Shown: positions 19,807-28,829 of the stretch, in pieces
How the letters are laid out: each line of letters opens with the position of its first letter
Numbering within the stretch: the first letter of the stretch is position 1
NCBI GenBank assembly: GCA_041750285.1
Contig: JBGSZS010000017.1
Location: forward strand, 1-64,000
Direction: 5' to 3'
Origin: Candidatus Fermentibacteraceae bacterium
GTDB lineage: Bacteria > Fermentibacterota > Fermentibacteria > Fermentibacterales > JCC-6
DNA: 64,000 bases
Made by a program: the position numbers and the translations under genes
Notes under the pieces: model-generated
The model's database searches: none
Seen by the model: the letters and a program-made list of their open reading frames with translations, nothing else
What the model was told of the DNA's origin: nothing

Positions 19807-21234
19807 TCAGCCCTTGACCGAGACCTCCCGGAACACCCTCATGACTTCCCGGTCCGGCACATCAGCGAGAAGCCCGGCCCCGAGAAGGGCTTCGTGGGAA
19901 CGCCTGACGTGCGTGATGTCCTCGATCGCACGGCGGAACACATCCTGCGGGTCTACCGAGGGGGGGGCGAGCCCCTCCACGGATGCCTGCCCTGAAACGG
20001 CTGAGGCGACCGCCGCGTGAACACCGGGATCGTCCACTTCAGGCATGATGTTGCCGGGGCCGAAACTTCCCGACCTGCCTGCACGTGCGATGGCTTTGGC
20101 TGCAGCGATGGCCATGCCGTCGCTTATGGCCGAAGCGCCGGAAAGAAGGACCCCTTTCAGTATGCCGGGAAAGCCAAGGCAGTTGTTCACCTGGTTGGGC
20201 AGATCGCTCCTTCCCGTGGCAACCACCACGGCCCCGGCTTCGAGCGCGGCTTCGGGATAGATCTCGGGCACGGGGTTGGCGCAGGCGAAGACGATCGCCT
20301 TTTCGGCCATGGACTGCACGTGACCCCTGCCCACAAGTCCGGGAGCAGAAGCTGCGATGAGAACATCGGCCCCCCTCACCGCATCCTCGAAGTTCTGAAA
20401 CTGCTCCCGGTTGGTGATCGCGCACAGTTCCCTGTGCCAGGCAAAACCCTCTCCAGGGTAGTCGCCGCGTGAACGCGACAGACATCCCTTCGAGTCGTTG
20501 AGAACGATCTGCCCGGGTTCCACGCCGGAAGCGATCAGAAGCCGGGCTGACGCTGAACATGAGGCGCCCGCGCCGAGGAACACGATCCTCACGCCGGAAA
20601 GCCTTTTCCCGGCCAGTTCGAGTGCGTTCAGCAGTCCCGCAAGGATGACGCACGCCGTTCCCTGGGCATCGTCGTGCCAGACCGGGATGCCGCACCTGCG
20701 CCTCAGTTGTGCAAGCACGGTGTAGCAGTTGGGCTGGGAGATGTCTTCGAGGTTCACTGCGCCGAAGGAGGGCGAGGCGGCAAGTACGAAGTCCACCAGC
20801 CTTGAGGGGTCCGAGGCCCCGCCCGCGTTCCTTGTGTCCACACAGAGCGGGACGGCGTTCAGCCCGCCAAGCCAGCTCATCAGAAGGGCCTTGCCTTCCA
20901 TGACGCCCATCCCCCCGGGCGGAGTGCAGTCGCCATCCCCAAGAACCCTTGTGGAGTCTGAAACCACTGCGACCGTGGACCCCCTTGATGTCATGGTGAG
21001 GCTTTTCGAGGGTTCATCGCGGATCGCGGTGGACACCGCGGAAACCCCTGGTGTGTACCAGACGCCGAGCCACTCGGGCTCGATGCGGGAAACCGAGGGA
21101 AGCGTGCGTATCTTGCCGTGACAGTGTTCGTGGGCGACAAGGGAAAGCGCTTTCAGAAACGCCGTCCTCTTCGCTCCGGGATCAGGCATGTCATCGATCC
21201 GGGACAGGGCTTCCTTCAGCCCGAAGGGTTTCAT
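19807..21234 (-). CDS. NAD(P)-dependent malic enzyme
   Basis: YTPGV, VMEGKA, VNLEDI, HDDAQGT, GAGA, ATGRSDLPNQVNN. Confidence 0.9.
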   Translation of the reverse strand: MKPFGLKEALSRIDDMPDPGAKRTAFLKALSLVAHEHCHGKIRTLPSVSRIEPEWLGVWYTPGVSAVSTAIRDEPSKSLTMTSRGSTVAVVSDSTRVLGDGDCTPPGGMGVMEGKALLMSWLGGLNAVPLCVDTRNAGGASDPSRLVDFVLAASPSFGAVNLEDISQPNCYTVLAQLRRRCGIPVWHDDAQGTACVILAGLLNALELAGKRLSGVRIVFLGAGASCSASARLLIASGVEPGQIVLNDSKGCLSRSRGDYPGEGFAWHRELCAITNREQFQNFEDAVRGADVLIAASAPGLVGRGHVQSMAEKAIVFACANPVPEIYPEAALEAGAVVVATGRSDLPNQVNNCLGFPGILKGVLLSGASAISDGMAIAAAKAIARAGRSGSFGPGNIMPEVDDPGVHAAVASAVSGQASVEGLAPPSVDPQDVFRRAIEDITHVRRSHEALLGAGLLADVPDREVMRVFREVSVKG

Positions 21235-21767
21235 TTCCGCATCCTCATTTCAAACAGGTTGCCGCCATGAAGGTCGAGCGCAACGAAAACAGGGTAATCC
21301 CTGAGAACGATTCTGTAGAGAGCTTCGGCACCAAGGTCTTCCCAGGCCGCAACGACGCACGAGTCCACGCATCCGCCGCCCAGGGCTGCCGTCCCCCCCG
21401 CGGCTGCAAGGTAGAGGGCGCCCGCCGCGGCCATGGAACTTGCGATCTGGGGGGTTCGGGGGCCCTTGCCGATGAACATCCTGACGCCCGCGGCCACCAG
21501 GGGAGGAGTGAAGGGGTCCATCCGGAGTGACGTTGTGGGCCCCAGAGCTCCGCACACCCTTCCCGGAGGGGCTGGTGTGGGCGCCGCGTAGAAAAGCGCC
21601 GCACCTCCGGGATCGAACGGAAGCTCCATCCCCCGGGACAGCAGTTCCGCCATGCGCCTGTGCGCCCTGTCCCGGCACGCCATGACAGGTCCCGAAAGAA
21701 GCAGCATTTCACCCGCTTCCAGCTTTTCGCGGGTTCCGGGCCCGCAGTCGGTCGCGATCCGCTTCAC
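21231..21767 (-). CDS. Class I fumarate hydratase / Fe-S hydro-lyase beta subunit
   Basis: RDRAH, GPTTSLRMD, IGKG, DLGAEA, DLHGGNL; GTG start overlaps the alpha-subunit stop. Confidence 0.88.
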   Translation of the reverse strand: MKRIATDCGPGTREKLEAGEMLLLSGPVMACRDRAHRRMAELLSRGMELPFDPGGAALFYAAPTPAPPGRVCGALGPTTSLRMDPFTPPLVAAGVRMFIGKGPRTPQIASSMAAAGALYLAAAGGTAALGGGCVDSCVVAAWEDLGAEALYRIVLRDYPVFVALDLHGGNLFEMRMRK

Positions 21768-22606
21768 AGGACCCGCCGTGCCGTCCGGTGGGCATGGCAC
21801 TCGATGCAGACGGATACCGGAAGCGATGCCATGTGGCAGGGCGCAATCTCGACCCTCACCTCGAGGGCGGTCAAGGGGCCGCCGAACCCCTGCGGGCCGA
21901 TCCCGGTTTCGTTCACTGCCGCAAGGATGCGCTCTTCGAGATTTCGCTGCACGGGGGTCATCCCCGGGGTTCCGAAGGGGCGCAGCAAAGCTTTCTTGGA
22001 GAGCATCCCGCTCACTTCCATGTCTCCGCCCAGCCCAACACCCAGAAACAGCGGCGGACATGCGGTGGCGGCCTTTGCCAGCACGACATCCCTCACGAAG
22101 GCAGTGATCCCGTCCTCTCCAGCCAGGGGAGGCAGCATGGCTGAAGCGGAAGCGTTTTCGGAGCCCGCCCCCTTGACCAGCAGATCAAGGGCAAGGGAAT
22201 CACCGGGAACCTCGCTCAGATGAAGGATCGCCGGCGAATTGACTGGAAGGGGCGCACGGTTCAGGGGATCGCTCACCAGTGAGTTCCGGAGTCCGCCATC
22301 CCTGTATCCGTTCTCGACTCCACGGTCCACGGCTTCCCGAAGGGTTCCTCCACGGATAACGAGCCGGTTGCCCTTCTCCGCGAACACCACGGCGATGCCC
22401 GTATCCTGGCAAATGGGAAGGCCGGTGGCACAGGCTTCGTCGAGGTTTCTCAAACAAAGGCCCAGCGCGCTTCTTCCCGGACCCCCGGGCGAGGAGGCCA
22501 AAGCCCACCCGACCAGTTGCCACAGACCCGAAGACGGCCGTGTGCACGCCTCAACGCACATCGAAGCAACTGCTTCTGAGACCGCACCGGCATCAAGGAA
22601 GCGCAC
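21764..22606 (-). CDS. Class I fumarate hydratase / Fe-S hydro-lyase alpha subunit
   Basis: PICQDTG, KGAGSEN, ACPP, GIGPQGFGG, CHMASLPV...CHA. Confidence 0.88.
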   Translation of the reverse strand: MRFLDAGAVSEAVASMCVEACTRPSSGLWQLVGWALASSPGGPGRSALGLCLRNLDEACATGLPICQDTGIAVVFAEKGNRLVIRGGTLREAVDRGVENGYRDGGLRNSLVSDPLNRAPLPVNSPAILHLSEVPGDSLALDLLVKGAGSENASASAMLPPLAGEDGITAFVRDVVLAKAATACPPLFLGVGLGGDMEVSGMLSKKALLRPFGTPGMTPVQRNLEERILAAVNETGIGPQGFGGPLTALEVRVEIAPCHMASLPVSVCIECHAHRTARRVL

Positions 22607-22607
22607 C

Positions 22608-22931
22608 CTATCCCCTTGTTTCACTGCGCAGCCATTCAAGGTATTCTGGTGAGCCATCGGAGATGGGCGTCACGATGATCTCGGGGGTCTCGTAGGTGTG
22701 GTTCTTCTTCAGGTATTCGACGAGCTTCTGCGCACAGGAGGAGGTGGTCTTGAAGACCATGACGTACTCCTCCTCCCTTTGAAGGCCGCCCTTCCACCAG
22801 TACACGCTGGCAACGGGTCCGGACACCCTTCCGCAGGCGGCGAGCCTCTCCCTCACGACCCGCTTCACCAGAAGCGAGGCAATGTCCTCACGGTCAACGG
22901 TGCTTGTCACCTGAACGAATTCAGTTTCCAC
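22608..22931 (-). CDS. cutA: CutA divalent-cation tolerance protein
   Basis: LAAC, SVYWWKG, E...FKT, HTYETPEII, YLEWL. Confidence 0.9.
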   Translation of the reverse strand: METEFVQVTSTVDREDIASLLVKRVVRERLAACGRVSGPVASVYWWKGGLQREEEYVMVFKTTSSCAQKLVEYLKKNHTYETPEIIVTPISDGSPEYLEWLRSETRG

Positions 22932-23626
22932 AGGACCCTCATCCTTCCCGACAGCCATAAAAGCATGGCTCCCGTGACAGCAAGAAGCAATACCGCAAAA
23001 AGGATCACCGCCCTGGATTCCCAACCGTTCACGAGGGCCGTTTCGATGACGCCCTTCAATCCGGGTATGAGCTTGTCGGCAAACAGCTTGAGCAGGGCGC
23101 CGGTTGCCACGAAGAACACCGCTGAAAGCGCTGCGAACCACTGCTGAGCCGCCCTTGACGACCGTGCACGCACCGAGACGTGCATGCCGGTGACGGCACT
23201 GAAGCCGCTCACCACGAGGCTCGTGAACAGGACCACGAGCACCGCGCCGGGCTGGGCCACCGCCATTCCCCGGAGGGTTCTGAATCCCAGCGACACGACG
23301 AGGCTGAAAAAAAGAAACACGCTCCCGGCGGCGACGCTGAAGAGGAACTTGCCCCAGAGAAGGTCGGCAAGGGCCAGCGGTGATGCAAGCAGGGTTTCAA
23401 GCGTTCCCCTTTCGCGCTCGCCGGCTATCGTGTCGATTCCCACCGGCCCGGCCATGTAGAGGGGAAAGAGCACGAAAGGCAGAAGGGCGAGATTCGGGCT
23501 TTCGATGGAGGAGGGAAGGTACATTCCAAACAGCCCGAGGTAGATCACCACAAGACGGATGAAGCCCCCCCTGCCCAGGGAGCGGGCGAAGGCAAGGTAT
23601 TCGCGGTGGAACAGGGGACCGATCAC
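22907..23626 (-). CDS. ABC-2 type exporter permease
   Basis: IAGERERGTLETLLASP motif, multiple TM segments. Confidence 0.88.
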   Translation of the reverse strand: MIGPLFHREYLAFARSLGRGGFIRLVVIYLGLFGMYLPSSIESPNLALLPFVLFPLYMAGPVGIDTIAGERERGTLETLLASPLALADLLWGKFLFSVAAGSVFLFFSLVVSLGFRTLRGMAVAQPGAVLVVLFTSLVVSGFSAVTGMHVSVRARSSRAAQQWFAALSAVFFVATGALLKLFADKLIPGLKGVIETALVNGWESRAVILFAVLLLAVTGAMLLWLSGRMRVLWKLNSFR

Positions 23627-24513
23627 CCACCCTCCTCCCGCGCAAGGCTCATGAAAACGTCTTCAAGATCCCTGCCCGCCCTTCCGAACTCCTCCACCCT
23701 GTTCCCCTGGGCTATAAGGCTTTCGAGAAGCTCGGGTGCGGGAAGGGGGCTTTCCAGCAGCACGGAGCCGTCTGGTCCCGGGGAGATTACCTCGCCCCCG
23801 TGAACGACCGTTCCGCATGTGGTTCTCACAACGAAACCGGGGGAAACGGTGAGGGCCCCCGTTTCCCCGTGAAGTATCCGCTTTCCCCCGTGCACTATGG
23901 TAATGCTCGCGCATACCGATTCCGCCTCGGACATGTTGTGGGTCGAGAGAAGGACCGGTCTGTCGCCTGCGCAGTTCCTTATCATGGCCCTGACCTCGGA
24001 TGCCTTCACGGGGTCGAGGGAGGCCGTGGGCTCGTCGAGCACGACGAGTTCGGAAGGGACTGCGAAAACCCTCGCCATGGCCACTGCCCTTCGATTGCCC
24101 GTGGAAAGGTCCTTCACCGGCTTTTGAGCGGCATGGAGCATGCCGAAGGCCTCGAGGGACTTTCGGGCGAGTTCGGCGCAGTCCCGGGGTCCGCAGCCGT
24201 AGAAGCCGCACCAGACCTTGAGATTCTCCATCACCGTGAGTGCCGGGACAAGCCCGTCCTCACTGAAGAGAACGGAGATCCGGCGCCTTGTTTCAGGGGC
24301 TTTTACGGGGTCGGCCCCAAGGACGCCAACCGTGCCGCCGTCGAGGCGGAGCAGGCCCAGAAGGGCCCTGATCGCGGTGGTCTTCCCGGCGCCGTTCCTT
24401 CCCAGAAGGCCGTGCACCCCCCGGGAAGGTATGTCGAGGTCGAACCCGTCCAGGGCCCTCACCGGTCCGTAGGAGACGGTGACGTTCGTGAGCGAGGCGG
24501 ACGTGCTTCCCAT
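23623..24513 (-). CDS. ABC exporter ATP-binding protein
   Basis: GRNGAGKTT, LSTGN signature variant, LDEPT, STH. Confidence 0.9.
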   Translation of the reverse strand: MGSTSASLTNVTVSYGPVRALDGFDLDIPSRGVHGLLGRNGAGKTTAIRALLGLLRLDGGTVGVLGADPVKAPETRRRISVLFSEDGLVPALTVMENLKVWCGFYGCGPRDCAELARKSLEAFGMLHAAQKPVKDLSTGNRRAVAMARVFAVPSELVVLDEPTASLDPVKASEVRAMIRNCAGDRPVLLSTHNMSEAESVCASITIVHGGKRILHGETGALTVSPGFVVRTTCGTVVHGGEVISPGPDGSVLLESPLPAPELLESLIAQGNRVEEFGRAGRDLEDVFMSLAREEGG

Positions 24514-25205
24514 CAGGGCTCCCGGATGACCCGGCAGAGAGCCTTCACCAGATGGTCGAAGAGGAGGGCGCCGTTTTCAACGGAGACCCGGGACATGTCA
24601 CCGCCCACTCCACCGTCAGGGAAGGCAAGTCTGAATGCGTCGGGGTCCCCGAAGACATCCTGCCAGGGCGGGTACTTTCCGGTGAAGACGCCGGGAGGTT
24701 TTCCGCCAAGCAGGAACCACACCATGGATACCTCGGAGGATGTCACGTGATGCCCGCTATCCGGAAAGAGCTCACCCTCCCTTTCCCGGGCGCCGGGAAG
24801 CTGCCACCAGCCCAGGTACCGCGGCGACAGTGCGCCGTAATCCATTCTGCAGGCGTCTTCCGCGGCGGTTCGGTTTCCGCCGTGACCGCTTATAATCAGG
24901 CATCTGTGAAAGCCGTTCCGCGAGGCCGATTCGAGTATTTCCGAGTAGACCTGTGACAGGGTTCGGGTCGAAAGCGAGAAAGTGCCCGGAAAGCCCAGGT
25001 GGGACCGGGAATCGCCGTAGGAGACCACAGGCAGGACAGGTGCTCCGGTTTCGCGGCCCGCTTCGAGGCACAGGTGTTTCGCCACGATGGCGTCGCATCC
25101 CAGCGGTGCTTCGGTGCCATGCTGTTCAAGGCTGCCCGACGGCAGCAGCACGGTGCGGGCCGGCAGCCGGGAAGCCTGGTGGGAAATCAGCAGTTCGTAT
25201 TCCAT
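24513..25205 (-). CDS. Creatininase/amidohydrolase family protein
   Basis: GSLEQHG..PLGCD, SHLGFPGT, GHGGN, HH...E. Confidence 0.88.
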   Translation of the reverse strand: MEYELLISHQASRLPARTVLLPSGSLEQHGTEAPLGCDAIVAKHLCLEAGRETGAPVLPVVSYGDSRSHLGFPGTFSLSTRTLSQVYSEILESASRNGFHRCLIISGHGGNRTAAEDACRMDYGALSPRYLGWWQLPGAREREGELFPDSGHHVTSSEVSMVWFLLGGKPPGVFTGKYPPWQDVFGDPDAFRLAFPDGGVGGDMSRVSVENGALLFDHLVKALCRVIREP

Positions 25206-25217
25206 GGGGGTGAATAT

Positions 25218-25907
25218 ATGCAAACCGAAATCAGCGCCGGAGGAAGAACCTGGCTGAGGATCCCCGTGAAGACACGCCTGATCCTGAAGGGTGACGACCT
25301 GTCCGATGCCCTATCACAGGGTTTGTCACAGGCGGACATCGCGCCGGGGAAGGACGACATCCTGTTCGTGAGCGAAAAGGCAGTGGGGGCAAGCCAGGGC
25401 CGGTACTTCCTTCTCGACGAGGGCGAGGTCAGGCCCGGAAGGCTCGCCGTCTTCCTCTCGCGTCACGTCACGAGGACCCCCGCCGGCATAGGCCTTGGCA
25501 TCCCTGAAACAATGCAGTGCGCAATCGATGAGTGCGGCGCGGCGAGGATACTGCTGGCTGCGGCAGCGGGGTTCCTGGGGAAGCTGCTGGGCAGGAAGGG
25601 CGACTTCTACAGGGTGGCGGGCCCCCGTGCGCGCTCGATAGACGGCCCCACGAACGGCACCCTTCCGCCCTTCAACAGGGCAGTCAGTCTGGCGCCCCTC
25701 GATCCTGACGGAGTCGCAAGACAGCTTTCGGAAAGGTTCGGCTGCGGCGCGGCCGTGGTGGACATCAACGACCTGGGGGGCAACATACTGGGAGCCTGGC
25801 CGAAAAGCGTCGACCGCGGGCTTCTTGTGGAGATTCTCTCCGACAACCCGCTTGGGCAGGGAACCCAGCAGACCCCGGCCGGAATAGTGCGGCTGCTTCC
25901 TACCTGA
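25218..25907 (+). CDS. CofE-like (F420-0:gamma-glutamyl ligase family) protein
   Basis: IPVKTRLI..GD, VSEKAV..SQGR, IDG, VDIND, DNPLGQGTQQTP. Confidence 0.75.
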   Translation: MQTEISAGGRTWLRIPVKTRLILKGDDLSDALSQGLSQADIAPGKDDILFVSEKAVGASQGRYFLLDEGEVRPGRLAVFLSRHVTRTPAGIGLGIPETMQCAIDECGAARILLAAAAGFLGKLLGRKGDFYRVAGPRARSIDGPTNGTLPPFNRAVSLAPLDPDGVARQLSERFGCGAAVVDINDLGGNILGAWPKSVDRGLLVEILSDNPLGQGTQQTPAGIVRLLPT

Positions 25908-26271
25908 GCCCGAACACCCTTTCCAGCGCGCCGTTCAGAATCGCGACGATCACCGCCGCCAGAACCGCCCACCAGAAACTTGCAAGATGAAAACCGGGCA
26001 TCCACCATGCTGCCAGCATCAGTATCAGCCCGCTCACGAGGAACCTTGCAAGACCAAGCGTCAGAATGATCAGGGGACAGGTGATGAGGGAGAGCAGCGG
26101 ACCCAGCAGAAAGTTGAGCAATCCCACTGCCAGGGCCGTCAGCGCGATGCTCCAGAAACCGTCGAAAACCATCCTCGAACCCAGGATGAGGCTCGTGAGA
26201 TAGAGGCTGAGCCCTGATACTGCCCACGCCACCACCAGCCCGCCCCTCCTGTTTTCCCTTCTCTCAGCCAC
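25900..26271 (-). CDS. YvlD-like 4-TM 'phage holin family' membrane protein
   Basis: LLN..L.P.L..I..PL..LTLGL motif; AAGGAGG RBS before GTG. Confidence 0.8.
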   Translation of the reverse strand: MAERRENRRGGLVVAWAVSGLSLYLTSLILGSRMVFDGFWSIALTALAVGLLNFLLGPLLSLITCPLIILTLGLARFLVSGLILMLAAWWMPGFHLASFWWAVLAAVIVAILNGALERVFGLR

Positions 26272-26295
26272 GTACGCCCTCCTTCGCGTCGATGC

Positions 26296-26324
26296 TTGAC
26301 AGGAATATACGGCTTCACGATAAT
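26296..26324 (+). promoter_or_regulatory. Sigma70 promoter of tRNA-Gln
   Basis: TTGACA-17nt-GATAAT, 11 nt upstream of the tRNA. Confidence 0.75.
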
Positions 26325-26335
26325 TCCGACTCCGT

Positions 26336-26409
26336 TGGCGGGTCGTCCAATGGTAGGACTGCGGACTCTGGATCCGCCTATTGGGGTTCGAATCCCTGCC
26401 CGCCAGCCA
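26336..26409 (+). tRNA. tRNA-Gln (anticodon CTG)
   Basis: Acceptor stem TGGCGGG/CCCGCCA, anticodon arm GCGGA-CTCTGGA-TCCGC, TTCGAAT T-loop, encoded CCA. Confidence 0.96.
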
Positions 26410-26418
26410 GACTTTACT

Positions 26419-26442
26419 TGGGGAGCTTCGGCTCCCCATTCT
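26419..26442 (+). terminator. Hairpin terminator after the tRNA
   Basis: TGGGGAGC-TTCG-GCTCCCCA followed by TTCT. Confidence 0.7.
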
Positions 26443-26635
26443 CATATCAGGAATCATTCACCATGGAGAACAGAGTTGACACCTCCATACTTCATGGTTT
26501 TTCAGCTTCGTTCCATGACCCATCGACAGGAGGAAGAACGATCTCCTTGGGCTTATTGCGTACAACCACCTGTGCAATTTATACTTATGCTGCATCAACC
26601 CAATCGCATTAGCATGTTTCCGAAAGGTGGTAATA

Positions 26636-28819
26636 ATGTTTGTTGTCATGATGGTGATACTGGGGCTGCTGGATACGGAAACCGGTTTCCCCCGGGAAGA
26701 GTTCCTTCACGGTTACAGCACCGGGTCTCTTTCGCCCGGTTATGACGCAGGCCAGGGGGAGTGGACCGGCAGCGGCCCATGGGGAGGCAACCTGAGGGCA
26801 CTTGTTCCCGCAGTTGGCAACAACAGCATCGTCCTTGCGGCATGCGGCTACTCAATGGCGTCCGATGCGGGCGGTGTGTGGAGAAGCACGAACGGTGGGG
26901 TCACCTGGAACGGAACGAGCCTCTACGGCATTCAGGTCAACGACGTTTGCGCGGCGCCCCCATCAACATTCTACGCCGCGACACGCACGGGCCTTTACGT
27001 GTCGACCGACAATGGTGAGAACTGGTCGGTGGTTCCGGGAATGCCTTCTGCCTACGTCATCAAGATCGGCGTCTCCCAGGCCAACCCCGATGTCCTCATA
27101 GCCGGGCTTTCGTCGAACACCGGGATAAGGCGTTCCACGGACGGCGGAGCCACGTGGCACGAGGTCGGCCTGAGCACAGGGTTCATGAAGGGTTTCGGGT
27201 GCGACCCGAACCACCCCGACACCATGTACGTGGCCATGTCCGGCCTTGCCCAGCCGCTCTACCGAACCACCGACGGCGGCGCTTCATGGAGCCCGATGGG
27301 GCCTGCCGGCTCCGGCTGGGGGCTTCTCGTTGCGCCCTTCGGTTTCGCTGAGACCATGATCCTTACCCACAGCGACGGCTTCTACATGACCGGTAACTAC
27401 GGAAACAACTGGGATCTTGTGGTTCCGGGAACAAGTTACGCCCCCGCTGCCTGCGACGCCTCGAACCTTTACGCCCCCGTTATCGGCGCCGGCGGTGTTT
27501 ACGAAAGCACCAACGGGGGTTCGAACTGGTATCTCAACACTTCGGGGATCACGGCTTCCTACTGGCAGGCCGGGTGCACAACCTCGGCGGGATACCTTGC
27601 CGGTCACAACGGCGGCATCTACAGAACGCTGTTCACGGGCAACGAGTACCAGGTGTCGCAGCAGGGCATCGGAAACGCCTACATCCATACCGTTTCCTAC
27701 ATCTCCGCAACAGGGACCCTCTTCGCCGCAGGTGAGTACCACGGTCTCTGGACCAGCACCGATGCAGGCGAAACCTGGGAGATAACAAACCCCGGCCCCG
27801 GCAACTGGACCATCTACGACATCGCCCCTGGCTCGGACCTTCACTATCAGGGACCGGTCATGTACGCCGCGACAGCGTCCGGCGTTTACAGGTCCGACGA
27901 CTGGGGCGACAGCTGGGCGATCGCCGGTTTCAGCGGCACACAGGTCTCGAGCGTGGCGTTCGACCCGGCCGACCCTGACCGGGCGTGGGCAGGAACGGCC
28001 ACGACAGGCGTCCACTACACAACCGACGGCGGACAGAGCTGGACCCCCGGCTCGGGCCTGCCGTTCGCCCTGTACCCATCGCTTGAGCTGGTGGACCTCG
28101 AGGGCGGAGGCCTTCGGGTGCTGGTTTCCTTTCAGCAGAGCGCCACGGCCGTGTACTGGTCCGATGACGGCGGAGCGACGTTCAACGCGGCTCCCGTGCC
28201 CGGTTCCTACCATCCCCGCCTCTCCGCCCGCTGGGGAGACGACGCGATGGCCTACCTGTCCACCGACGGCGGCATCCATCGTTCGTGGGACCGGGGTGCG
28301 ACCTGGGAGCAGTGTCCGGGATCCTCGGGAATGTCATGGGCGGTCCTGGGAGAGCTGGACGACAACGTCTTCAACGGAACCGGAAGCTCCGGCGTGAGAT
28401 GGAGCCCCGACCTGGGCGACACATGGCAGCCTCTGAACACGGGCATCGAGAACCGGTGCGTATGGGACATCACCTACGGCGCAACACCGGGACAGCTCTT
28501 CGCCGGCCTTCGGGGTTTCGGCGTGGTGGAACTGACGGAAGACCAGCTGGGCATCGCAGGACCTTCCCCTGCCGTTCTTTCGGTGAACGCAAGGCCGAAC
28601 CCCGCGAGCGGCCCTGTAACGCTTTCGGTCTCGGGCTCAGGCAGCGGACCAGTGACCCTGAGGGTTTTCGACACCGCGGGCAGGGTTTGCGCCACCCTTG
28701 ATGGATTCGGTGGAAGCGCTGTGTGGACGCCCGGCGAAGGAATTCCTGCGGGAGTGTACCTGGTAAAGGCTTTCTCGGAGAGCGGAACGGCCGTTTCGAG
28801 GGTGGTGCTTCTGCATTGA
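26636..28819 (+). CDS. Secreted BNR/Asp-box (VPS10/sialidase-like) propeller protein with T9SS-type CTD
   Basis: Many S/T-x-D-G-G-x-T/S-W repeats; tail PNP...FDTAGR...PAGVYL. Confidence 0.88.
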   Translation: MFVVMMVILGLLDTETGFPREEFLHGYSTGSLSPGYDAGQGEWTGSGPWGGNLRALVPAVGNNSIVLAACGYSMASDAGGVWRSTNGGVTWNGTSLYGIQVNDVCAAPPSTFYAATRTGLYVSTDNGENWSVVPGMPSAYVIKIGVSQANPDVLIAGLSSNTGIRRSTDGGATWHEVGLSTGFMKGFGCDPNHPDTMYVAMSGLAQPLYRTTDGGASWSPMGPAGSGWGLLVAPFGFAETMILTHSDGFYMTGNYGNNWDLVVPGTSYAPAACDASNLYAPVIGAGGVYESTNGGSNWYLNTSGITASYWQAGCTTSAGYLAGHNGGIYRTLFTGNEYQVSQQGIGNAYIHTVSYISATGTLFAAGEYHGLWTSTDAGETWEITNPGPGNWTIYDIAPGSDLHYQGPVMYAATASGVYRSDDWGDSWAIAGFSGTQVSSVAFDPADPDRAWAGTATTGVHYTTDGGQSWTPGSGLPFALYPSLELVDLEGGGLRVLVSFQQSATAVYWSDDGGATFNAAPVPGSYHPRLSARWGDDAMAYLSTDGGIHRSWDRGATWEQCPGSSGMSWAVLGELDDNVFNGTGSSGVRWSPDLGDTWQPLNTGIENRCVWDITYGATPGQLFAGLRGFGVVELTEDQLGIAGPSPAVLSVNARPNPASGPVTLSVSGSGSGPVTLRVFDTAGRVCATLDGFGGSAVWTPGEGIPAGVYLVKAFSESGTAVSRVVLLH

Positions 28820-28829
28820 TCCCGGGTCC

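Noticed and set aside
25900..26271. Holin-family gene as evidence of a prophage
   Set aside because: YvlD-like proteins are common chromosomal genes and there are no phage genes nearby
26336..26640. tRNA-Gln as an integration site for an island (AT-rich stretch follows)
   Set aside because: No integrase in the window; the only echo of the tRNA 3' end I noticed is an 11-bp match inside the desulfurase gene (~10998), consistent with chance
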